A DNA stretch of 64,000 nt from Leptonemataceae bacterium (lineage in GTDB: Bacteria > Spirochaetota > Leptospiria > Leptospirales > Leptonemataceae), in assembly GCA_965227295.1 (NCBI GenBank), contig OZ245742.1:864001-928000 (forward strand), written 5' to 3'. Under the pieces are notes generated by a model. The model saw nothing but the letters and a program-made list of their open reading frames with translations, made no database searches and had not been told where the DNA came from. Of this stretch, positions 9,569-18,941 are shown piece after piece (positions within the stretch are counted from its first letter, which is position 1; every line of letters starts with the position of its first letter). The translations under genes and the position numbers were made by a program.

Positions 9569-9610
9569 ACCAACCTGTAGCTTTGTAGACGCAACGTAAA
9601 CTTGAATTCT

Positions 9611-10444
9611 ATGACCGCATCCTCTCGCAACCAGGAACTCCGGCGCAGACTGGACGCCATCGAAAAAATCTTACCGGAAGTCGAAGACGTCCTCCGGCGC
9701 ATTCAAACCGACGAAAGCGAAGACCTGGGCGTTCGCACAAAAACAAACGATATGGACCTGGTAACCCGCGCCGACCTGGAAAGCGAACGCATGATCAAGG
9801 CGGCTATTACCGACAACTTTCCGGACGACGCCATACTGGCCGAAGAGAGCGGGCACAGCGGCGACGAACAGGCGGAGTTCCTGTGGGCCATCGATCCCGT
9901 GGACGGAACCATCAACTACGCCCACGGCCTCCCGCTCTACTGCGTGTCCATCGGCATCCTGTGCCGGAATCGCCCGGTGGCGGGCATCGTTGCCATGCCG
10001 GCGCTCCGAGACCGGTATCGATCCATCGAAGGCGAAGGCGCTTTTAAGAACGGTCATGCGATTCGAGTCAGCGCAACGGACGATTTCTCGCGATCGTTGA
10101 CGGTTACAGGCTTCCCCTATGATCGCGAACGAGTCATGGACGATCTCTTAACCGGTGTTCGTCGCGTGTTAGAGCGGGCCCGGGGCGTACGGCGCACCGG
10201 CAGCGCGGCCCTGGATCTCTGCTGGCTTGCCGAGGGCCGCTTCGATGCCTACTACGAAACAAACCTCAATCCCTGGGACACCTGTGCCGGCACGGTCATC
10301 CTGCGCGAAGCCGGCGGGCGCATCAGTGACTTCAGCGGCACCGACCACGTCCCGGGGGACTACCAGATCGCCGCGTCTAACGGCATCGTGCACGACGCTC
10401 TAATCAAAGCGGTGCAGTCCATCGCTCATATGCAGCGCGGCTGA
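9611..10444 (+). CDS. suhB: Inositol monophosphatase family protein
   Basis: DLVTRAD, AEES, IDPVDGT, GSAALDL and WDTCAG motifs. Confidence 0.9.
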   Translation: MTASSRNQELRRRLDAIEKILPEVEDVLRRIQTDESEDLGVRTKTNDMDLVTRADLESERMIKAAITDNFPDDAILAEESGHSGDEQAEFLWAIDPVDGTINYAHGLPLYCVSIGILCRNRPVAGIVAMPALRDRYRSIEGEGAFKNGHAIRVSATDDFSRSLTVTGFPYDRERVMDDLLTGVRRVLERARGVRRTGSAALDLCWLAEGRFDAYYETNLNPWDTCAGTVILREAGGRISDFSGTDHVPGDYQIAASNGIVHDALIKAVQSIAHMQRG

Positions 10445-10445
10445 G

Positions 10446-10949
10446 ATGGAAACAACGCCGAACGCTCCGCTCGATGTTCGCCGCGTGGAAGCTGCGGCCT
10501 TTGACGAGTTAACCGCGAAACTTGCGCACTTGCTGCTGGAAGCCGATCCGTCCCGCGACAGAGTCGCCGCTTATGTTAAGACCGGTGAATGTTACGCAGC
10601 CTACGCGGGCGACCGGTTGGTCGGCGTCTACGTCCTGGTTCCCCCGGATCGCCCGGAAGATGCCGACGCCCTGGAACTGATCAACATTGCGGTCGCCGAA
10701 GAACGTCGCGGCACCGGCCTCGGCCGCCGACTGATCGAAGACGCCGTCGAACGGGCACGCCGTGCCGGCGTATCCCGCCTGGTCCTCGGCACGGGGAACT
10801 CAAGCATCGATCAAATTGCGTTTTATCAGAAGCGCGGCTTTTGTATTACGGGTGTGGACCGGGACTTCTTTGTACGCAACTACGACGAACCGATCTACGA
10901 AAACGGGATTCAGTGCCGGGACATGATTCGTTTTGAGTTGCTGTTGTAA
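10446..10949 (+). CDS. GNAT acetyltransferase
   Basis: NIAV...RGTGLGR motif A; GTGNSS, FYQKRGF and ENGIQCRDM. Confidence 0.9.
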   Translation: METTPNAPLDVRRVEAAAFDELTAKLAHLLLEADPSRDRVAAYVKTGECYAAYAGDRLVGVYVLVPPDRPEDADALELINIAVAEERRGTGLGRRLIEDAVERARRAGVSRLVLGTGNSSIDQIAFYQKRGFCITGVDRDFFVRNYDEPIYENGIQCRDMIRFELLL

Positions 10950-10979
10950 CCTGAACGCTCCGGAGAATGCACTGCCCTC

Positions 10980-11666
10980 TCAGTCAGAGCCTTTACGAAT
11001 CACATCGCTGCTCGGACAAATATCGTTCAACACACACTCATCACACAGCCGCTTCTTTGCCGTACACCATTTGCGACCGAGAAAGATGAGATACAACGAC
11101 CACTCACGCCAGGCCTTCTTCGGTACAATTTCCACGAGATCCCGCTCAACCTTCACGGCGTCCTTGTGCTGCGTGAGACCGAGCAACCGGGAGATGCGGC
11201 CGACGTGGGTGTCCACGACGACGCCCTGGTTCGCACCGTAAAGTTCCTGTGAGATAACATTAGCCGTCTTCCGACCGATGCCGGGAAGCCCGACCAGTTC
11301 TTTCAAATCCCGCGGGATCACTCCGTCGTAGCGTTCGTTCAGGAGGCGGGCGAACTCGCGGATGTTCTTCGCTTTGTTCTTATAGAAGCCCGTGGAATAG
11401 ATGAGCTTTTCGAGACGCGCGAGCGGCTTCGTGTAAAAATCGCGGACGGTGGAGAACTCGGCGAAGAGGGCCGGCGTGACCTTGTTGACCATCTCGTCCG
11501 TGCACTGGGCCGAGAGAATCACCGCGATGGCCAGTTCGTGAGGGTGCCGGTAATGGAGCGGGGTTTCGGCGGCGCCGAAGACCTTCTTCAGGCGCCGGAG
11601 GACCTCTTTCGCCAGGGCAGGCGGGTCGAGGCCCGGTTGCGACGGCTTACGGGGGGACTTTGCCAA
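10980..11666 (-). CDS. nth: Endonuclease III
   Basis: ILSAQCTD, HhH motif LPGIGRKTAN, VVDTHV and C-terminal C-x6-C-x2-C-x5-C. Confidence 0.95.
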   Translation of the reverse strand: MAKSPRKPSQPGLDPPALAKEVLRRLKKVFGAAETPLHYRHPHELAIAVILSAQCTDEMVNKVTPALFAEFSTVRDFYTKPLARLEKLIYSTGFYKNKAKNIREFARLLNERYDGVIPRDLKELVGLPGIGRKTANVISQELYGANQGVVVDTHVGRISRLLGLTQHKDAVKVERDLVEIVPKKAWREWSLYLIFLGRKWCTAKKRLCDECVLNDICPSSDVIRKGSD

Positions 11667-11909
11667 TCAGGCTTTCAGGACAGAGAGGTCCTGGCCGTAC
11701 TTCTTCATGAGGCTCTTGACCCCGCGATTGTTCAGGGTTTTGAGCATGCGTGCGGACAGCTTGAGGCGGACCCAACGGTTCTCGTCGGCCAGATAGACCT
11801 TCTTCGTAACCAGGTTTACCTTGAACTTGCGCCGGGTCTTGCGGTGCGAGTGAGAGACATTGTTCCCGGAAGCGGTCTGTTTCCCGGAGATTTGACAGCG
11901 TCTGGCCAT
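11667..11909 (-). CDS. rpmB: 50S ribosomal protein L28
   Basis: MARRCQISGK...GNNVSHSHRKTRRKFKVNL; start at ATG 11909. Confidence 0.96.
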   Translation of the reverse strand: MARRCQISGKQTASGNNVSHSHRKTRRKFKVNLVTKKVYLADENRWVRLKLSARMLKTLNNRGVKSLMKKYGQDLSVLKA

Positions 11910-12010
11910 AGTGCCGACCAGATCCCCCGGCTGGCCTCCCCGGTCAAGCAAGACCCCGCATTTTAGAAGAAACATTTGCAAGATTCACCCGGCCCACCAT
12001 GCTCTCCGAT

Positions 12011-12247
12011 ATGGGCGTGATACGCGACATCGACAAGGGCGGCGGTGAGATCATCCGGGTGGAAGTCTCCGAGTTCCGGGGCCAACAATATCTGAACCTC
12101 CGGGTCTGGTATACAGACAAAAACAGCGGGGAGTACAAGCCTACCCAGAAGGGCGTCGCCGTGCGGCTGGATCTCTACGATCAGCTCAAGCAGGCCGTCC
12201 TGGACGCGGAAACGGAAATCCGTGCGGCCGGCTCCGGCGATGCCTGA
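12011..12247 (+). CDS. PC4/YdbC family ssDNA-binding protein
   Basis: [18 protein letters not shown]...YKPTQKGV signature. Confidence 0.88.
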   Translation: MGVIRDIDKGGGEIIRVEVSEFRGQQYLNLRVWYTDKNSGEYKPTQKGVAVRLDLYDQLKQAVLDAETEIRAAGSGDA

Positions 12248-12319
12248 GCGGACCGTTTTCAAATTTAGCCGATAATAGAAGGGCGGTCCTGTTCTCGAAT
12301 CCGGGCCGTCTTTCGACCT

Positions 12320-15118
12320 ATGAACCAGACTCCGGTGGAATCCCAACCGACACGTTTTTCGCATAGCTGCCGGGACTGCGGCGGGCGCTTCAACGTCCTG
12401 ATCCAGACCGGGGTCCACCGGGTGCATCAGGCGGCGTGCCCGCACTGCGGCCGAAAGAATTTCTTCGACAACCGCCGAGGCCAATTGGAACGCGCGGCGC
12501 AACCCGTACGACCGCCGGAATCCCGGGCGGAACGTGTGCCGGATCGATCGCGTCCGCGCTCGCCGGAGCCCTCGCGCGCCGGTTCGAGTCCGCAGACCAC
12601 GCCCCGAAAACCCGCCGCCCCCCGACCGACGAGCTTCCGCACGGAAACGAATCGCGATTATGCCGGACAGCGCTCGCCCGGATCCTCGCAACCCGCGGCG
12701 CGGCGCGGCAACGGCCGCCCCACTTCGCAGACCGAGCGCGGTCTGAAAATCCTCACCCGACCACCCGGGAGCCCGAAGGGCTGGCGCGATCGCCTGGACC
12801 GCGGCCTGCAAAGCCTGCCGGACTTCGGCGACTGGCGCGGCACCGTCGACTACGCCGGCGACTTACTGCGGCAACGCGGGTTGCTGTTGCTCATCCCCGC
12901 CGCGGCGCTGGGCTTCGGCATGATCCTGCTGGTCTTTCTATCGCTGCAACTACCGGGACTATATCTCGCCCACGACACGGATTTCTACATGGACCGCCTG
13001 GAAGTGGTTCGACCGAACCGCGTCCTGGATCGCAACGGTGAGCTCCTCGCCGAATTGTTCTCACGCCGCACGGGTAACCTGGACGAAACCACCATCCCGG
13101 AAACCCTGGCGACGGCCCTGGTGTTTACCGAGGATCAGAACTTCTATTCTCACGGCGGCGTCCACTGGCCGTCAATCTTTCGCGCGTTCCTTGCAAACAT
13201 CTTTAGCGGCGGATATTCCCAGGGCGGTTCAACCATCACCCAACAGCTCGCGCGCATCCTGCTCGACGACCGCGAGAAGAGCATCTTCCGCAAGTTAAAA
13301 GAAACCAGCCTGGCCTATCACCTGGAAGCGAGCCTCACGAAAAAGCAAATCCTGGCCGGGTACATGAACCACGTTTATCTCGGCCACGGCGCCCGGGGCT
13401 TCGAGACCGCGGCGGACTTCTACTTCGACAAAAAGGTCGGCGACCTCACGTTCGAAGAACGCCTGGCGTTGGTCTGCCTGCCGTCGGCACCGGCACGCTA
13501 TTCACCGCTCCGCAATCCCGATCGCCTGCGTGCGAAGATGGACGCCGTCTACGAACGCATGATCGCCGCCGGGTTGCCCGGTGTGCCCGAACCGACGGCC
13601 TACGCAAAAGACGCGGACGATATGCTGCGCTCCCTGTCCGGCAGCCCGGGCGGCAGTGTCTTCGGCGATCGCGTCAATGAAGCCCCGTACGTGGCAGAGT
13701 ACGTCCGCCAGGAAATCAAAAAGCTGCTCGGCGATGAATACGAGTTCGGCGCCGGCCTGAACGTGCGCACCACCATCGACCGCAAGCTGCAACTGGCCGC
13801 CGTCGAAGAATCCCGCAAGTGGATTCGCACCAAAGCGCCGGCGTTCCCCGCCACGCGCATGAAAGACGGCAAACGCCTGCCCGTAAGTACCGAAGAAAAG
13901 ATGTTAAGAGACTACGGCGACATGGCCCTCGGCCCGGCGCTCTTCGGCATCCCGGCCCCGCCGGAATCCAGGCCGCGGTTGCAGACGGCGTCCGTGGGCA
14001 TCGAAAATAAAACCGGCGGCATCCTCTTTCTCCAGGGCGGCGCCGAATTCGCGAGCGGCAATCAACTCAACCGCGCCATCCAGATGCGCCGGCAAACCGG
14101 CAGCGCGGTCAAACCCTTCGTCTACAGCGCGGGCATCGAGTCCGGGGCGGTTACCGCGGGCACATTGCTCGACGACCGGCCCATCTTCGTCTCACTGAAA
14201 AACATCGCCCACAATCAAAAGAAAGACTACTGGCTCCCGGGCAATTACAGCGGCGTCTTCGAAGGGGAGATCCTCGTGCGCCGGGCCCTGGAAAAATCTC
14301 AGAACATCCCCGCCATTCGCGTCGCCGATCGCACCGGGCTCGATCGCCTCGGCGAACAGTTTCGTAAGTTTTTCTTTTACAAAGACGCCGAGTACGAACG
14401 ACGCTTTCGCAAAGACGCAACCGTGGCCATCGGCTCCCTGGAAATGTCCCCGTTGGAAATTGCGACGGCCTTCACCGGCTTCGCGAACAACGGCGTGATC
14501 CGTCGGCCGTTTTTGATCCAGCGCATCGAAGACGCCGACGGCAAGACGCTCTGGTCGCCGTCGCAAAATCACGACGAGTTCAGTCTCGGCGTTCCCGTGG
14601 AACGCACGGTCCTGCCCGGTGATGTTTCCGAAATTATGGTGAGCCTGCTGCGCAGTTCCGCGAAGTACGGCGGAGTCGGCGGCCTGGGTGGCGTGGATTA
14701 CATCGGCAAAACCGGTACTTCCAACGAGTACCGTGACGCCTGGTTCGTCGGCGCGACGCCGGGCGTCACGGCCGCGGTGTGGTTGGGTTTCGACGAACCC
14801 GCGTACTCCATGCCCGGCGGAACCGGGGCGGGCCTGGCCGGACCGCTGTGGGGGCGCATCATGAGCAAGGCGCCGCGCCTGGAGTCCTCGTTTCGATTTT
14901 CGCCGAACGCGGTGTCCATGAAGATCTGCAAGACCACGGGACGCAAACCGGGCCCGAACTGTCCGACCGTCGTCACCGAACTGTTCCGGCCGAACTTTCC
15001 GCCGGAGGATCCGGAACCGGCAACGAACGCATCGGACGATCCCGAAACAAAACCTTCGAACCAGGACAAACCGGACCCGGCCGACTGGAGTATCAACAGT
15101 GATTCGGATTTTGAATGA
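12320..15118 (+). CDS. Class A penicillin-binding protein (PBP1A-like) with N-terminal Zn-ribbon and disordered region
   Basis: Transglycosylase motifs EDQNFYSHGG, GGSTITQQL and RKLKE; transpeptidase SAVK, SQN and KTG; one TM helix. Confidence 0.92.
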   Translation: MNQTPVESQPTRFSHSCRDCGGRFNVLIQTGVHRVHQAACPHCGRKNFFDNRRGQLERAAQPVRPPESRAERVPDRSRPRSPEPSRAGSSPQTTPRKPAAPRPTSFRTETNRDYAGQRSPGSSQPAARRGNGRPTSQTERGLKILTRPPGSPKGWRDRLDRGLQSLPDFGDWRGTVDYAGDLLRQRGLLLLIPAAALGFGMILLVFLSLQLPGLYLAHDTDFYMDRLEVVRPNRVLDRNGELLAELFSRRTGNLDETTIPETLATALVFTEDQNFYSHGGVHWPSIFRAFLANIFSGGYSQGGSTITQQLARILLDDREKSIFRKLKETSLAYHLEASLTKKQILAGYMNHVYLGHGARGFETAADFYFDKKVGDLTFEERLALVCLPSAPARYSPLRNPDRLRAKMDAVYERMIAAGLPGVPEPTAYAKDADDMLRSLSGSPGGSVFGDRVNEAPYVAEYVRQEIKKLLGDEYEFGAGLNVRTTIDRKLQLAAVEESRKWIRTKAPAFPATRMKDGKRLPVSTEEKMLRDYGDMALGPALFGIPAPPESRPRLQTASVGIENKTGGILFLQGGAEFASGNQLNRAIQMRRQTGSAVKPFVYSAGIESGAVTAGTLLDDRPIFVSLKNIAHNQKKDYWLPGNYSGVFEGEILVRRALEKSQNIPAIRVADRTGLDRLGEQFRKFFFYKDAEYERRFRKDATVAIGSLEMSPLEIATAFTGFANNGVIRRPFLIQRIEDADGKTLWSPSQNHDEFSLGVPVERTVLPGDVSEIMVSLLRSSAKYGGVGGLGGVDYIGKTGTSNEYRDAWFVGATPGVTAAVWLGFDEPAYSMPGGTGAGLAGPLWGRIMSKAPRLESSFRFSPNAVSMKICKTTGRKPGPNCPTVVTELFRPNFPPEDPEPATNASDDPETKPSNQDKPDPADWSINSDSDFE

Positions 15119-16205
15119 TCGGCGCCGGGCGCTGATGCTTGTGCCGGCCCTCGTTTGCTGCGTCTTGCTGGCGGGTTCGCTGCACGCCCGCGGTGCCCGC
15201 GCGACCTTTGAACAGGCCTATGCCCTGGAGAAAGAAGATCCCGCGGGCGCGATTGAACTCTACGAAGAAGCCTTGCGCGCGGGGCTCGGCACCGAACTCG
15301 CGAAGGCCGCGCGCTGGCGCTTGTTTTATCTGCACCGCGATCAAAAAAACTACGGGCGCGCGTTGAACATCAGCTCTTCTTTGGGTTCGGACAAAAAGCT
15401 TAAGAACGTTTTAGGTGATCTTTACGATGAGATTGCCGTGCACTGGAAGATCTCTCGTTTCGCGGCCGAGCAGTACGCCGCCGGACTGCGCCTGCTCGAC
15501 GCGGGTAAGTCCGCGGAAGCGGTCAAGTATTTCGGTAAGGCCCTGAAGAACAACGTGCGCAACGAGGCCTTTCGACGGGACATCACCGAACGCCTGCTGC
15601 GGGAACGGCGTTTCTCGGACGCACTGGCTCTCTTTGAGAGCCTGGATCATCCGGCGGCACGTCTGGCCCGGGCCGACGTCCTCGTAAAACTCAAGCGCCG
15701 GGAAGAAGCGCGTGTACTGCTGCTCGCCCTTGCCCGGGAAAACACGAGCGACCCTGAAAAAGTCTCCGAGAATCCCGGGCAGAAACCACAGCCTGCTCCG
15801 GTATCGCAACTCAGCGACGCCGATCGCGCGCACATCCTGTACCTGCTCGCGCGGATTCACCGCGACGGCGGGGATCGCGTTTCGGCGGTACGTTATTTTC
15901 GCCTGGCCGCCCGGTACTCCGACGACGTCGGCGCGGTCCGCATGAACGGTCTCGCCGCTTTTAGTCTGTACCGCGACGATCACAAACCACAGGCCCTGGA
16001 AATCCTGCGCAACCTGCCCGGTGTCGAAAGCGACGCTAACGTAAGATTGTTGTACTTGATCTTACGCGTGGAAATCGATCGCGACGGCCCGGCCTTTCAG
16101 TCGCTCCGCAACATGCAGGGCGATCTGATCGAACAACAACGTACCGGCAGTGCTTCGTACCTGACCGATCGCGCGTTGAAGCTCCTGGCCCGGGGAGCGC
16201 CCTGA
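15099..16205 (+). CDS. Exported TPR-like helical repeat protein
   Basis: Signal-peptide-like N-terminus and TPR-like A/L/Y helices; exact start uncertain. Confidence 0.7.
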   Translation: MIRILNDRRRALMLVPALVCCVLLAGSLHARGARATFEQAYALEKEDPAGAIELYEEALRAGLGTELAKAARWRLFYLHRDQKNYGRALNISSSLGSDKKLKNVLGDLYDEIAVHWKISRFAAEQYAAGLRLLDAGKSAEAVKYFGKALKNNVRNEAFRRDITERLLRERRFSDALALFESLDHPAARLARADVLVKLKRREEARVLLLALARENTSDPEKVSENPGQKPQPAPVSQLSDADRAHILYLLARIHRDGGDRVSAVRYFRLAARYSDDVGAVRMNGLAAFSLYRDDHKPQALEILRNLPGVESDANVRLLYLILRVEIDRDGPAFQSLRNMQGDLIEQQRTGSASYLTDRALKLLARGAP

Positions 16206-16208
16206 AGC

Positions 16209-16796
16209 ATGCGCCGCAAGCTTACAGTGTTTTTCGTCTTGCTGGGTCTGGCCACGGCTTCCGCGGCCGAGCCCGTCGAAACGACGTTCTGGGGCCGCGA
16301 TTTCCGCAAGCAGTTCGGTGAGTTCCTGGAAGTTCCGGTCCCCGCGGGACGCATCGCCGTTCTTTTCCCGAACGAGGACGTGATGCAGTTGCACGGTCAC
16401 AGTGCGCGCCTCGGCCGCAGCATCAGCGGGCGCCGCTTCGGCAAAGGCCGCAAGATCGAAAATGTGGGGCTACGCTCGGAACTCGGATCGAGCCAGGGCA
16501 ACTTTATGATTCTGCTGCTTCCCGCTCCCCGAGAACAGAGCGCGGACGAGGAATCGGAAGAAACCGCAGGCAAATCCGAAGGGGAAGCAACGCAAGAACC
16601 CCGCTACGATCCGGAACGGGGACAGCCGGCCCTGCTCCGCAAGAAGAACAGGACCTTCCTCCTGCTCAACGTGCACGCAAGCGAGGAAGGGCTCAGCGTA
16701 GAATTAGAAGAACGCCTCGAAAACCGGGCCGGACCGTATCACGCGGGACCGGTGCACGACATCGTCTTTGTGTACGAGGCCGCACCCGATCCCTGA
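16209..16796 (+). CDS. Hypothetical exported protein
   Basis: Starts 3 nt after the previous stop; signal peptide ending ASA. Confidence 0.65.
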   Translation: MRRKLTVFFVLLGLATASAAEPVETTFWGRDFRKQFGEFLEVPVPAGRIAVLFPNEDVMQLHGHSARLGRSISGRRFGKGRKIENVGLRSELGSSQGNFMILLLPAPREQSADEESEETAGKSEGEATQEPRYDPERGQPALLRKKNRTFLLLNVHASEEGLSVELEERLENRAGPYHAGPVHDIVFVYEAAPDP

Positions 16797-16829
16797 AAGC
16801 CCCGGGAGCGACTTCCGCTTAACATTTAC

Positions 16830-18773
16830 TCAGGAGCCCTTAAAGAAACTCGTGATTCGCGAGAGCAGACCGCCGCTCTTTTTGGGCTTCGCCGTTTCTT
16901 CCCGGCGCCCACGGTGATCCCCGCGCTTGTCTCCACGTTTATCGCCGCGTTCTTCACGATCACGACCGCCGCGGCCACGTCCGCCCCGGCGACGACGCCC
17001 GCCGCCGCTGCCACTACCGCTGCCGCCACGTCCGGATTTACCGTCGTCGTTCTGCTCGTTGCTGCGCTCTTCGTCGCGGTTCCGGTTGCGACCACGGCCG
17101 CCCCGGCGACGACGACGGCGACCGCCTCCGCCCTCGGAGCCGCCGCGCTCGGAACGTCCGCCGTTTCCGCGCCCGTCGTTTTCAAGGCTGCCCTCGGCAG
17201 CAGCGACGGCTTTGGCACCATAGAGCACCGACAGGCGATCCCGCTCGCGGATGGACATATCCTCGGTAATGATCGGTCCGTCAGGAAGCGACGGGGCTGT
17301 CGTGGTTTCCTGTTTTTCTCCGCCCCGACGTCCCCGGCCGCCCCGGCGACGACGACGGCGACGCCCGCCGCGCTCTCCGTCTCCGGATTCTTCACCGCCG
17401 GAATCCCGGCGATTGCCGCGGTCGTCGTCTTGAGCTTCGTTTGCTTCGCTACCGCTGTCGTTGTCGTTGTCGTTGTCGTTCTCGCGGTCTTCGCCGCCGC
17501 GACCGCCCCGGTCTCGTCGGCGTCCGCCGCGGGAGCGACCGCCGGAACGTTCGCTGCGTTCTGGACGCTCGCCGTCGCGATCCGCGGATTCGCTTCCGTC
17601 ACGGAAGGGTGTAAAATCGTCTCTGTTCGGCATGGTTAGTTTATCCGTATCCACGTCGACGCTCGGGATCTTCTGGCCGATGTAGCGATGAATGCGCGGC
17701 AGACTTTCGTAGTCGTCCTCGGAACAGTACGAGATACTCGTTCCGGTTTTACCCGCGCGTGCCGTGCGGCCGATGCGGTGCACATAGCTGTCACCGTCCT
17801 GGGGAAGATCGTAGTTGAATACGTGTGTGATATCGTCGACATCGAGGCCCCGGCTCGCCACGTCCGTGGCAACCAGGACCGAGTATTTTCCCTGCTTGAA
17901 GTCTTTCAGCAGGCGGATGCGCTTCTTCTGGTCCAACAGCGATGAAATACCCGTTGCCGCCACGCCGTAGCGTCGCAGTAATCGCTGGAGATGCTCTACC
18001 TTGTGCCGGAAGTTCGTGAACACGATGGACCGGGCGGCATCGCCTTCGGCTTCGCTGTTTGCGGTAAGGATCTGGTTTACCAGATAGGGATCCTTTTCCG
18101 CGCGCCCCAGGTGAACGAGTTGCTGATCGATCTTGTCGACAGCGACGGTGTTCGCCTCGATGCGCACTTCCACCGGATCGTGCATGAAGTCCGAGGCCAG
18201 CCGCAGCACGTAGTACGAAAGCGTGGCCGAGAACAACTGGGTCTGCGCTTCCGACGGGCACTGCCGCATGATGTAACGCACGTCGCGGATGAAGCCCATG
18301 TCAAACATGCGATCGGCTTCGTCCAGGACGAGGTGTTTGATGGCGGAGAGATCGATCTTCTTCTGCTTGATGTAGTCGATAAGCCGCCCCGGAGTCGCGG
18401 CGATGATCTGCGCGCCCCGGGCGAGGCCGGCTTCCTGTTCACGGTACTCCGCGCCGCCGTAGATCGGCAGGACTTCCACCGGGCGATACTTGCACAGCTT
18501 CGCGGCCTCTTCGGCAATCTGGAGACAGAGTTCCCGGGTGGGCGTGACGATCAGCGCGGCGGGACCGGGCGGATCGTTCTCGAAGATGTCCTGAAGGATC
18601 GGCAGGAGAAAGGCGACCGTCTTGCCGGTTCCCGTCTGGGAAATGCCGGCGATGTCTTTGCCTTCCAGGCCCGGCCCGATGCACTGCTCCTGGATCGGCG
18701 TCATGGTCTCGAAGCCGGCATCGGCGATGCCTTTGAGCAGGTCGGGGTGGAGTTGAACCTCTGTGAATTGCAC
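16830..18773 (-). CDS. DEAD-box RNA helicase with long R/G/D/E-rich C-terminal tail
   Basis: Q motif, TGTGKT, PTREL, TPGRL, DEAD, SAT, RGLD and HRIGRTAR. Confidence 0.95.
   Translation of the reverse strand: MQFTEVQLHPDLLKGIADAGFETMTPIQEQCIGPGLEGKDIAGISQTGTGKTVAFLLPILQDIFENDPPGPAALIVTPTRELCLQIAEEAAKLCKYRPVEVLPIYGGAEYREQEAGLARGAQIIAATPGRLIDYIKQKKIDLSAIKHLVLDEADRMFDMGFIRDVRYIMRQCPSEAQTQLFSATLSYYVLRLASDFMHDPVEVRIEANTVAVDKIDQQLVHLGRAEKDPYLVNQILTANSEAEGDAARSIVFTNFRHKVEHLQRLLRRYGVAATGISSLLDQKKRIRLLKDFKQGKYSVLVATDVASRGLDVDDITHVFNYDLPQDGDSYVHRIGRTARAGKTGTSISYCSEDDYESLPRIHRYIGQKIPSVDVDTDKLTMPNRDDFTPFRDGSESADRDGERPERSERSGGRSRGGRRRDRGGRGGEDRENDNDNDNDSGSEANEAQDDDRGNRRDSGGEESGDGERGGRRRRRRRGGRGRRGGEKQETTTAPSLPDGPIITEDMSIRERDRLSVLYGAKAVAAAEGSLENDGRGNGGRSERGGSEGGGGRRRRRRGGRGRNRNRDEERSNEQNDDGKSGRGGSGSGSGGGRRRRGGRGRGGRDREERGDKRGDKRGDHRGRREETAKPKKSGGLLSRITSFFKGS
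17095..17362. repeat. Exact 28-bp direct repeat within the helicase tail (17095-17122, 17335-17362; partial copy near 16981)
   Basis: cggccgccccggcgacgacgacggcgac occurs twice and encodes RRRRRRGGR on the minus strand. Confidence 0.8.
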
Positions 18774-18941
18774 CTGATCGGCTAGCCTTTGGGTGAGGAC
18801 TCCCCTGTCAATTTATATCCGGGTTCTCTCTATAATCTATGCGTGCCTCGTTCGCATCGTTGGACCACGAACCGTTCCCTGAACCCCTGTGCTGAAAATA
18901 TTGGTTGCGTACGGCATTACACAGTATGAAATTCCGCCACT

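Noticed and set aside
12268-12275. Perfect sigma28 -10 (GCCGATAA) upstream of the PBP gene
   Set aside because: There is no TAAA-like -35 at 15-16 nt; it may be part of a sigma70 -10 (GATAAT).
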